Assembly: GCA_964036045.1 (NCBI GenBank)
Contig: OZ038378.1
Span: forward strand, 188,232,001-188,296,000
Direction of reading: 5' to 3'
Length of the DNA: 64,000 nt
Source: Eutreptiella sp. 'Long Island Sound 2002'
Taxonomy: Eukaryota > Protista > Euglenida
This document shows positions 39,901 to 51,900 of the stretch, in pieces. A model generated the notes under the pieces. The model was given only the letters and a program-made list of their open reading frames with translations, did no database searches and was not told the DNA's origin. Positions within the stretch are counted from its first letter, which is position 1. The number at the start of each line of letters is the position of its first letter. A program made the translations under genes and the position numbers.

Positions 39901-42900
39901 AGTGTGGTGCATGAGATGTGGGAATGACGATCATTGCACGGCAAAATGTACAGGTGACGGGGCTCCCATTCATGAACCAGAGGGTGGACAAGCAACATGG
40001 CAGAATTGCCTCTGGTGTGGAGTCCGGGGACATGTGTACCGCAAATGTATTCGCAGGGTGCCGGATACCTTGGTCAAGGAGCAGGAGAAACACTCTGCGC
40101 TGCGCACTGAATTTGAGGGTCACTGCACGTCTGTAGCGTCTCATGCTGACAACATTAAAACCCTCCAGGGTCAAGTAAAGTCTCTCCAGGCGGCAGTCGC
40201 CCCTATCCTGGCAATCCAAAGCGACTGAGATTCGTTGACATGCAAAGTGAATGGCCTGTTGGATTGGAAAACGTCTCATTCTGCTGCTTTTAGCACTCTT
40301 CGCCGCTCTTTTGATGACCATGTAGCCGTGGAGGATCAGGCGGCGAAACAGGAAGCGCTGAATACCACGTTCGAGGAGTTCCTCAACGTCACGTGGCCGC
40401 GCCATGTTTGTCAGTTTGAAGATCATTTGGATGAGAAGGCCTCAAGTGGGAACTCCAAAGACTCAGCAGTCCGCATCTCACAGGATGACGAAATGCCCTC
40501 ATCACCCGTCATAGGAAAACGAGGAGCGGAAAACCGAGATCCACCAGAAAAACCACGTAAACGGGACAACTCGTCCAGCGCCAAGTGGTGGCTAAGGCTA
40601 CAACCTTTGGGAGCTAAACGAGTGGAAGCAACATGGCATGCAGATATTCTGGAGGCCGTTGTCCGATAATGGACTACCCTGAAATGGGATCGTACTACCG
40701 AATGGGTTGGTGAAAACTCAGGCTCCGAAATGAATACGACTCTTCGAGCCCTTCGTAAAGACAATGTACAGGGAGCAGAGCTGAAGTCCGGATTGACCGC
40801 TATTTTGAAAGGAACAAGAATGCCGCCATCAGTACTGGGATCTCATCCCCCAAAGAGGGTAGCTTAGCGCCGTGGCTTGAGGATGCCGACCTACAAACGC
40901 CTGGTCCCTGCCATAGTCCCGTTTTTCCCGATGAACAGGCGGCTTGCGGCCGGCATACTATCTACGACGCAGGTACTTTCGATACTGAACTGATGGAGAT
41001 TGTTGCCCTACTGCGCCGTCTGGAAGCAAAACTGGCCCTGACCACTTTCCTGGCTCAATGTGCAGTGGACTGCCCGGTAGCAATGGGACAACACTACCAC
41101 CCGCTCAATCTTCCTGGCCCTTCTAAGCATGAATTTGGGCTTGCATCTTACCAATGCCGACTTTGGCTTTTTTCTGTTGCTGTTGAAGGTAGTCCGGAAG
41201 TTTTAACACAGAGGGACGCGGCTGCTAGTTCGTTACTCGCTGCCAAGGTCAAACGCCCTCTCAATTGGGTCCTGGCATCCCACCAGCCACAACCACCTAA
41301 ACTTCCGTTTTGCCCCACATTCTTTGCAAGCAAGGTAGTGTCTATCTTGGGTGCAGTCAATGTCTGGCTTCACAGTCCAGCCTTGTTCTCCGTTAAGAAT
41401 CTCTCATTTGATCCGGTATGGGAGCATATAGGACAACACAACAACCAACATACGCATTTTCTTGCCATTTTCCCTGATGTCATGAATGTTTCCATTCCGG
41501 TCCCAAACCATGCTTTCCTGTGTTTGCTCTGCCCGGATACCAACCAGTACCTGCAGCACCTCCCCCCTGACGTGGCGCACTTTGCCAGTGCTGAGATCCA
41601 TGGTGACCGCTGGTGCCTGGTAGGACCGCAGAACGCCACAGAACATGTATCTGATGCCTCCCTCTGTCGCTTGCACTGCTATTTTAAGTCACAGCGGTGT
41701 GGTAAATCCACGTTATGGCGTGCTTGCACCTCGAGCTCGAACAAACTGTGTTTGTACACGAGATGCACACGTAAAGCACTTGACGAAAAGAACCTAGGGG
41801 CTTGGGCCTCTGCAGTTTAGGGGAGGATTCCCTTCTTGCCTTATGAGACGAATCCAGTTTTGAGGCTGGTACGGGGATTTGCGCACACTGACACTTGGGA
41901 GTGTGGAACCCTGCCCCGGTGTTGTTGATTTATGCTATGGTTCATGTCCACATGCTCTGTCTGTACATCGGAAAGACTACACTGGCCCCAATGTCCCGTT
42001 TGCGAAAACACGGTACTGATGCTATGTCCAAGGTTGAGGAATGCCGTTTCCATGAACTGCTCAAGAAAACAGGCCTTAGTGAGTGGACCCCGGTTCCACT
42101 GAAGTATGTGTCAGATGTAGACTTAGGATGTTTCGTCGAGCATGAATGGTGGTCCCGCTTGCGGAGATGGGTTGTCAACGACGTTGCCCCGGCGGTTCCT
42201 TGCCAGACCAACCAGCCACAACCGTCTGTACATAAGCGTAAACGACTGGCACAGCTAGTGCATGAAACTCGTATGGCACAACAAGCCGGATATTTTGTTA
42301 GGAGGCGTTACCTCTGTGAGGAGTTGGACAGCCTGTCAGTGGAACTGAATATCCCGTTGGTCCAGACTACGGCGGTGAAAGTTCCTTACCTTCAGCCAGC
42401 CCAACGTGCTGGTTTGAGCAGAGCTATTCATTTTTTAGTTCGCCAAATGAAAGTATCCCTCCCCCAGAGACAGGCTGTTCTGGGGAAGATCGTCTTGGCA
42501 AGAACGGTACCTTTGACCGTGCGCCGTGTTTTTGAACGTTCAATGAATAAATTTGGTACCACCTCGGAATAGGCAGTGTGTCAGTGCCAGCTAGAGAACA
42601 GGCATCTGTGGAGTGCCGCTGGCCCTATTGTTGAAGTAGACGGGCACTTTGCCCTTGTACCTGTGTGTATCGAACATGCGGACAGCCTGTTGCGTGCCAA
42701 TGATCCTTTACCATGCAGTGGAAAAGCTTCTTAACGCCAGGCTGTCCGCAGCCTGAGGGATTTAGCAAATACGTTAGGGGTGGCGGAGTTGGATGAGGTT
42801 CACTTGCGTGAGTTCCTGCCGGATTCTGTTTTAATAGCACCGATGCCCTGCGTGAACGTGTACGTAGCATTGCTGCTGACCTGTCGGAGGTAGCGGTCGT

Positions 42901-45900
42901 GCGGGTTGTGGATAAAGGCCCGGGACAACTCTGGGGTTTCTGTAAATCCTGGGCCTGGCAGCAACTGCAAGCTTTTCTCAGTGCACAGGGATACTCCCCC
43001 CAGAGCAGGGACATGGCAGAGGTACTGCAGAGCCTGCAAACCCAAATTGTGAATTCGGGTTGGCCATTGAATCCGCAGGGCACCATGGTCCTGATGTACC
43101 TAATTGGTAAAGCGAAATCACGAATTCACATTGCTCTGCAGTGGCGTCCGATTGCAGCGGCAGCGAAACCCCTCATCACAAAAGGCAAGCCCAGGATTGC
43201 TGCTAGGGCTTTCACGTGTTTTGTTGAAATGATTGTTGATGAGCTACCAGCGGGGTTTTTAAACCCGCAGCTTACAGGGCATGGGCACATGGGTACAGAA
43301 ATTGTGTCCCTGAGGGGCGGAGTTAATCGGGGAGTTGATTGTAAAGAACAATTTAACGTTATAAAGCCTTCCGCAGTGGTCGGCCACATGAGAGAGGCAG
43401 CCGCGTGGCTAACGAAACGGAAACACTTGAGAGCCTTGTTTAGAGCATCAGTAAGTCCTGCAAGAAATTGGGCAGGGCAGGGCAGGCAACCCATAAAGGA
43501 TTTTGGATAATTTCCATGGAAGAACTCATTGAGCTGGTTAGTTTCAGCCTACTGGAGGACAACATGGTAGTTGCAGGTGGTGAGTTATGGAAGCGAACAC
43601 AGGCGATTCCCATGGGAGGCCCGTTTAGCGCTCAAAGCGCTGACTTACATAGTGTTTGGAGCTGCAAGCAGTTTGTGCACAAGCTTAGTGAGTTGGGCAG
43701 GTTTGAAACTACCCCGAGTGGCGTTGTACAGTGGAGTGGAGCTTGTGGCGTCCTGGCGTTGCAACAGTTTTGCGACAACCTGGTTGTAGCGGCTAAAGGC
43801 CCCAACGCAAGACACTCAATGTCTCTGGTGTGCACAGTCATGCAAGATGTCTCGGGTTTGAAGGTAGAGTGTGAATGCCGTGATAAGGATGAAACCGTTG
43901 TATGCGTGGGTGTGTGCATGCGTGACAGTTTAACTGCAATGGGAGTCACCATCCTCCGGGGAGCACCGGAAGTATGCGTGCATGCACATCCCAATGCGCT
44001 AAATGGTTCATGGGGTTTGAAGTTGGGCATCCCACTGCAGAGTTTCTGGGCAGTGACGCAGCGCCAGGTTACAAACATGTTTACCGGTGGCCTGTGCAAC
44101 GTGTTGCCTTTTCTGGGTACGTGGTCAGGGCTGCTTTTATCAGCAACTGCATGGATGCAAGTAGGTGTGCCGTCTTCGTACCCCCCACATGTTGTCCGGT
44201 CTTCCATGATATGTGCCCTGGTTCGGGTTTTGGCGCACACTGTTTGGGATGTTGACTTGTCAGTGACATGGGTCAATCACATTATCAGGCGCCTGCCCCA
44301 GGAGCTCCATTTCACCCTCTCCGATTCGATCTGGTGGCTCCGGGACAATGCTGTCTGGCATGCCCAGCAGTATGCATCATGGCATGTGCCACACGTCGGG
44401 GCTTGCAATACATGGTGTGGTGACTGGCACGGTGACGGCCCGGCACTATGGTCACACAGTCAACGTATCATGTTGCAGGGAGGGGGCATGTGTTTGGTGG
44501 GTTGGAACACCCACCGGCGATGGGGAGGCAGCCATCAAGGGTAATATAGGCCGGGCCGGATGTGCTATACATGGTAACAGGACATTGGTTCGTGATTTTC
44601 TGACCTTGTTCGGTAGTGTGCTGTAGTATGGTATAGTAGCTTGAAGCCTTGATTGCGCGGGAGATGACGAACTGTGATAGTGTCTGGTGTTGTGTGGGCA
44701 GGACCCTATCTCTGGTTGTTGTCCTGCAGCGAAAGGCGCCTATGGCAATGTCACTGATGAGCATTTCATAACCGTGGGCTGAACTGTTGCCTGTGCTTGT
44801 TGGGGACTTGGGCCTGCAGAGCAGTAGTTCGTCACTTGGTTCGACAGAGTTCCCTTGCTGTGAAAGTTAGCCTTTTTCTTGTTGACCTTTCGTGTATGTT
44901 TTCGCCTACTCTGTTCTTATTCGTTTGCCGTCTTGTTTTGCTGTATCTTCTTTTGTTGTTTGTGTTTGCTTTTTTTTGTCCACGCTGCTTTGTCTCTTGC
45001 GGTGTCGTCTTTCTTTGTCTGTTTGTAGTTGAATTTGTCTTTTGTGCTGTATATTGTTTGTGTTTGTGTGTCTCGTTGAGGGGTAGCCGACGGCGGTTTG
45101 GGGGTGCAGATGGCGTTTTTTTGGGGGGGGGGGGGGTAACCTTGAGCATTCTATTTTGGCCATGTGACGGAGGCTTTTTTGCCTCTTTTTTTTTCCCCTC
45201 ACGGATGGCCCTCCTGAAAGGTCAGTTTCTGAGGGGAGGCACACCCACCGGTTGGTGTTGTGTTGGGTGCCCCCCACAGCAGCAGCATTCTACTGCAGGC
45301 CACTGGTCTGGTCTCTTGGGTCATAAATGTGTTTCCACTTCTCTTTATCGCATTCATCATTGCCAAATAGCACAATGTCCACCATTTTTGTGGCCACATA
45401 CTAAGACATACCAAAACGCAAATGCATGCGTGTTTTTGTTTGTTTTTGTTTTATTCGTCTTTTGGACATACAAATGGAACCCCATGCCCCCATAACTCAC
45501 CGTGCTTTGTGCTCCCAGAGGTAAGTCAGATGGTTCTAGCGCACTCACTCTCTCTGCGACTCAGGCAGGGCACTCCTTTATGACCCCGTCTTGCCTGCTT
45601 TGCTTCACTCACCAGCACCCTTAGGTAGGGCTCACGACCTCCAGCTGCTGTCGGTTACCCCCTAACCGCCGTCGGTCATCCTCCAACCGCCATTGGCCAC
45701 CGCTGTTGGCCACCGCCCAACGGCCGTCCGTGACCGCTCCAATGTGACGGAGGGTATGCTCACCCAGTTCCCGTTTCCGTCGAATTAGGCAGCGTCCTGG
45801 ACGGAGGTGGTCTGCGAGATGAGATGCAACGGGTCACCCAGAGGTCCGGGGTCCGCCCAAAGGGTTCTTGTCTTCACCGTGGCACTGGGACCATGAGTGC

Positions 45901-48900
45901 TACCTGTTGTGGGGTGGGGGGGTTCTGGGCAGGACTGGGACTCTTGTGCGTCTCCAACAGGGCGGACGTGCCCGTTGATATGCCGCTGGCACCAGGCAAT
46001 TGTCCGAGGGCGCACGCCTTGGGACGGGGTTTTTGGACAGCTCTTGCGACCCCTCTGATTAGTCGGATCACTTCATCCGGATGCGCAGCCCCCCCCCCCC
46101 CCCATACATCCACATACACATACATACATCCACACAGTTACTCAGCCTTTATGGCAAACCTCCCCCAACATGCCCAGTCCAGGTGTGGTAGGGGCGCGTC
46201 CGGCCTTCCGTGACATGGCGGGGCCCGCCGGCCATTTCATAAGGTGCCTCATGCCTCATGCAGTCCCTGGCAGGGTATGCTGCGCAGGCCCATGCCCTTG
46301 TCCTCGACTAGGTGCTTGCTCTGGGCAGTCCTCGCGTCCGTGAGTCCCGGGAGGATGGCATGTCTGCCTCCGCTGTGGGGTTCAGGGGCATGGACGGGGG
46401 GTCAGTGAAGCTGTGAGTATGGTGCTGGGGAGGGACACATGATTAAGAACTATCATGCTGTGGACAGGATAGTGGCATCAAGTTGCACAAAACAGGGGAG
46501 ATAAACACGAGCAACAGCTACCCCAAAAATGGGCTGTAGACTTTGTTGTGGGGTGAAAAGCTATGTGGACCTTGTAGACTTTGCTGTTGACTCTGTAGAC
46601 CGGGCTGTAGACTTGTAAACTAGTCCAGGTCTACATTGCCCTGTGCACTCTGTAAACCTGGGCAGTCTGGCAGACCTAAGAGGGGAAGACCCTGCCAGAG
46701 AGAAGAAGGACACAATGCCGGTGCAGGCCCAACCTGAAGCATGAAAGATGATCGATGGGGGGCCCTATCGTATTGGGGTCCCCCAAACAGGGAGGAGACC
46801 AATGGCTACCAGATGTAGATAGGTTGTATCCCAAAAATTTCAATTACTGTATCAAAGTGTATCCCAAGGTCCACATGTGCATATCATGTGTGTATCTCGA
46901 CTCTCAAGAGTGTGTATCAAATGTGTGTCCCACCCTATTCACCTTCTGCGGACATTGCTGATTCCTCCTCTGAGGGATCCGATGACAGCAGCACAGCCAC
47001 AACATCATCTCCATCGGGCACAAATTGGCGGTGACTCTGAGTCCGATGGTGAGTCATCAAGTGGGAGTTCAACATCACCATCAGTGAGCCCCTAGCATCA
47101 GATGCACATTTTTTTGTGATTCACACATGCTACACACCCCGGAAGCTTGGGATACGCGTGTGTGATACACACAATTCATGAAGAGAGAAAAGAGATCTTG
47201 GCCATCCCCCAGGGAACTTGCTATCCTCTGCTGGTGGTGTTGGTGCTTGTGTGTGCATTTGGTGATAAGCCCCCCAGTGCCCGTAGTTTTGGTGAGGAAA
47301 GGTTTGCCAATGTCTAGCCCCTCCCCCCCCCTCCCCGCCTCAGCCTCCCTGAGAGGGTGGGGGTCCGAAACTCAACCCTCAACAGGAAGATGATTTTGTC
47401 TGACAAAATGAGGGGTTGGCACCGGCTTCAAGGTGCAGCGGCACCTCTGGGGGCAGGGTACACCCATCGCCCCATTGCCGACCCGCCCAAATCGTCCTCT
47501 TTTTTGATGGCCTGCTCTGGTTTGCGCAGGCGACGCTCCGGACAACTCCACCAACAAAGTGTCTCTCACCCGCTCCACTGACGGACCAAGACTCCTCCAT
47601 CGCTGCCCCGTCTCCGGTACGCCCGCCCCCTTCTGTCAAGCACAGAGCCCTGCCACAAGGACTGGGATTGAAGAAGAGGGAGCGGAGAGGGGGTCTCGAG
47701 CGCGCGAAAGCGGTCGCCGGCGTTCGAAAAGCCATGCTGCACCATCAGGCCCGAGCCTGCCCCCAGTCACTCTGATGTGGACCCGGACCGGCAATCGGAC
47801 CCCCACGGGTTGCGGCCCAGAAGGGAAGGGGCAGCCCTCGTCGCGGGCCACTGCTGTGCCGTGCTTCTCCCCCACTCCTCCTCGAGGCTGCTCTGCCACA
47901 GTGAGCAGCCTGGCTCTGCAACTCAGTCCATTGCAGGACATGTTTGCACTAAAAACAAAAATACCTCTGACTGTCCAGTCGCCAGCCCAGTATTTAGGCA
48001 CACCATTGATCGGCACTGCAAGCCGCATGTGAAGTCACGTGAATGCCGAACTGACGGCGCTGGGAGTGGTCTGGGATTTGAATCCGGACAACGCATACCC
48101 CCCTCTCCCTCATCCTGAAAAAAGGAGGGGGGTCAGGGACAGGGGGCTCAAAGCCCGCCAACAGAGCAGAGCAACAGCACGGCCTCCCCTTTTTTCTGTT
48201 AGAATACGTCGACCTCCAACCGTCGTTGGTTGCCCTTCAAGTGCCGTCCAATTGTGTGCCTAAGTACTGGGCTGGCGACTGGACGGTCAGAGCTAGTTTT
48301 GTTTCAGTGCAAACATGTCCTGCAATGGACTGACAGTGTTATGGCTCTGTAAAGCAGGGTGCGCCTGCTGGAGGCTCCGTCCACACCGTCCTTCTGCCGG
48401 CGCGGACGCACCTCCATCGGATCTGAACGCATTCGCACTCCTGCAGGTCGTGCCGGGGGATGGGTATTCAAAAATGCCCCCCAAAACCCGAAAAAATGAC
48501 CCCCCCCCGCGTCCCCCCTCCTGAAACCCCTGCCCACGCCGCCGGGGTTGGGGTCCAGCACTGAACTGAACCCCCCGCCCCCTTTACTTTTTTTTTGGGA
48601 CCGGGCGCTGACCGGATTCGATTCACTCCGAGGCAATCGACTAGCAAACTGTTCCGGTGCGGGTGGGGGGGGGGGGTAAGGGGCGCAACCCCAAACACCC
48701 GCACGCCACACGAATGTTCCAGAAGAACAGATGGTACTGAGGGACACCAGAAGTCGGTTTGCCGCACCCCCTGCAGCCGCTGCTGGCTGTTGTGCGCATG
48801 GACGTTTCTCGTCGGGTGTACTGGCTCTCGTCTGCACTCCACATTATGCCCCGTGACCTCCGCCGCTGGTACCGCCTGCCGTTGGATTGCGGACCATCAC

Positions 48901-51900
48901 CTGCTGCTTTGAGGGGAGGGGGTGGCTTCACTGGGAGCCTCTTTTGGGTATTGTGTCCGGGAAAGGGGCAAGGGGCTCCATCGACAACCCGAACATCGTT
49001 GAGCGGAAGGTTTCTTGCCCCGATGACGAACCGTTTTCCTTTGGTTGCGGGGAGGTTTGGGGGGGGGGTGACGGGACGTGTGGTGCGCGCACGACCAAAG
49101 TGTCTCAAGCATGAGTCACTGGGGGACGAAGTCGGGGGCAGTGCCGCGAGGCACTCTTTTGCTGAAGTGCGCCCATGTTGTGCATCGCACAAATGGAAAA
49201 CCCCACCCCCGTTTTGAACGAATCGCCCCACTACAACGAACCCCCCCAAATACACCGAACCTTGGGACCTGAGACAGCGTGCACATGAATACACCGGACC
49301 ATTTCGCAGGACACTGTCTCTCTTCACTGCGGATTGCTGTTTGGACGGAAGAATAAAGCAATGGAAAGTTGCCTCTTTTGGGGCTGTACGATAGGCTCAA
49401 GAGTGGGAGGTGGCTTTGCAGCAGCCAAAAACTGTTGCCTGAAGCGTCCGGATCACATCATCCTTTTTGGCATACTTGTAATCACTAGGCATGGTAACCA
49501 GCTTCATCATCCCGGTGTGTGTAGTGTGAACATAGCCAAACTGCACAAACTTTTCAAACATAGTGGGCTCCAAAGCCTGCATGGTGAGCTCGTGTGCCTC
49601 TGCTACAAGCAAAGAAACAACAAAACGTTTTCATCAACAAAATCATGCAAAATAGCATTGATTCTTTGAGCCATATTCTGTTCCAACGAGAACACACAGG
49701 GGGGCACTGCAACGCACGGTGTTTACTGCAGTTCACTATGGTACCCAAATATAACAAACCCCACCACTATAACGAACTCCCCCACAAAAAACGGCAACAC
49801 AAAACTTATACCGAACGGTCCAGTGTATATGAGGGTGGGGTTTAGGGCTGGAAGAGGGATGCAGTCAGAGGGAGTCCCGGGAGCCCAATAGATGCCATCA
49901 GCTAGACAGCGCTTTCCCATCCAGCCGTCGTTCACCTAACATCTGGCCTGGAGGGAATCGGTTCGAACCCGCGATAGCAGGAACGCACGGCTGTCCTGGG
50001 CACTGGGGTGTCAGTGACTCCCCGCGAGCCGAAAGGGCCGCTGCGAGGGATGACGGGTATCTTTGTGCTGGCGTCTGGAGCTCACTCCAACCCCCATTTC
50101 CGACAGATTCTCGCTCCGGAAGGCCCTCTGGTCAAAGTTCTGGGGCAGCTCAGCTACGCGCCCCCCAGCCCATCCAGCGAACAGCCGATGGCGGCGGGTC
50201 CAGGGCACGCCCGGCGCGTGAAGAAGCTGCGGGACATGGAGGTCGCTGTGAGGTATGCGTCCTTTGGCTTGCAATGCGCTTGTGGCGGTGGTGATGTTGC
50301 GAACCCTTTGCACCGTCTATCCCCCGCCCCTTCGTCGCCCTCCCCGCCACAGACCCCTGGACCCGTGTCACAATACCCGTGTCACGTGCTGCAGGGCACC
50401 GGAGCACCCTCCAAACTTCACTTGTGAGCAGCAGCGCCAGCGTTCCGCTCTCGGCGACAAAACCGCACCCCGCCTCCCCCCTTTTATGGTGCAACCCCCG
50501 TCCCCTCCAGCGCCCCCTGCCCAAGGATGTATCAGAACGGCGGACAACCACAGGGACCCCCCCCCCCCCCTCCCCTGACCAAAGTGACCGCAGTGGCAAA
50601 AACGAAATCACTTTGGAGAGAAGTTTGCCATTGGGAAAATCTTGTCCAGCCATTTTGGGTACACAAACTTTTGGGTCCAGACCCCCCCCTTCTCTCTTCT
50701 AACACGCCCCCTGCAATGGGGCTCAGTGCAGCAGCCCTGGGTTGCCCCTGTGTATCGACAACAGAGTATGTGCACTGTACGGGGGGTGTCGGGGGAGTAA
50801 CTCCACCGGTTCACCTGTCCATCGCGGAGACCACAGTGCGGTCATCTGGCCTCATGGACCCAGAGAGGCCATCTGAGCTCTCATTCGGCCCAGCGGCCCC
50901 GTAGCGGAGCAATACGGCATAAGGGCCCCGACCCATACCCATACCGATGCCCCTACACCCGTACCACATCGCGTCCGTTCATTGGCTTGTGGATCCCTCA
51001 AGAGTCACTCGTTTTCCTTCTCTTCTCCTCTTTGTCACTTCTTTCCCTGTCCAACCGGTTGGGCAGGGAACTGCGTTGAAAGCGGGTCTGGGGGCCCGGC
51101 GCGCGGGCGCGGGGACCAGGCACACAGCATACATCCCTCGCCACCCGTAGTCCTACCAACAACAGCTGCTGAACCTCCAGCAGCGTACCACAGCGCCAGG
51201 CCATTTCTGGTTGCAAGCTCCATTGAATAGGTTTCTGATTCGTCGTTTGCTGTTCGAAGGAATGCGCAGCCTGTGCTTAGTGAAAATTTTGGGCGATGAC
51301 CGCCGGCAGTTGAATTGTCGGCGATTCAACGCCGGTCCAGGGCTGTCCCGAAAGGCTGCCCTTGACAAGAAAAAACGAATAGAAAGAAAGAAAAATCCCA
51401 TTGATTAAAGCCGGCCCTGTCTTTAGTGCTGTCCCTGCAGTTTACAAAGTTGACACGTCTTCTCTTTAGCAGTGACAAACCGCAGATGGATGTATTGCTG
51501 AATGAATTTGAGACTCTGCTGTGCGTACTGCCCAGGTGGCCGTCTGTGTGTCGGTGTGTCGCTTTTTCATGGGCCGTGTGTAAATCACGCGATGGTTTTT
51601 TTTTTGTGTGCTAAACTGCAGCTCTGATGAAACTTTTCAACGATATGTCGGAGAATTCAATTTTTTTCACCAAGTTGGTCTTAAAAGTCATGGCATCCGC
51701 AGGCGATTTCTTTCGATGCTGAAAGGCGACGACTGAAATTTGCGACATCAAAAGAGTGCAGTGCACCCCATCCGCTATTTTAACAATGCCTTCAGCAAGA
51801 AAGTGTTGCTGTTTGGGCGGAGTTCGGGAAGACATCGTTTTTGCCAAGGCCAAAGTCATGAAGAGGGCCACTTCAGCTCGACACTTTGCGTGTTTCAGAG

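Larger units (their letters stand above)
39421..45100 (+). mobile_element. Decayed Penelope-like retroelement with N-terminal GIY-YIG endonuclease (Naiad/Chlamys-type domain order); ends approximate
   Basis: Order on the + strand: 5 zinc knuckles, unknown domain, GIY-YIG, CxC linker, PLE-type RT, then T-rich tail. Confidence 0.85.

Noticed and set aside
40226-42572. Selenocysteine or stop-codon recoding in the PLE, as known for some Naiads
   Set aside because: In-frame stops include TAA and TAG as well as TGA, and frameshifts are present, so ordinary decay explains them.
48040-48100. tRNA T-arm-like motif inside the stem-loop intron, and another at about 49960-49985
   Set aside because: Each is a B-box-like word only, with no convincing A box or cloverleaf.
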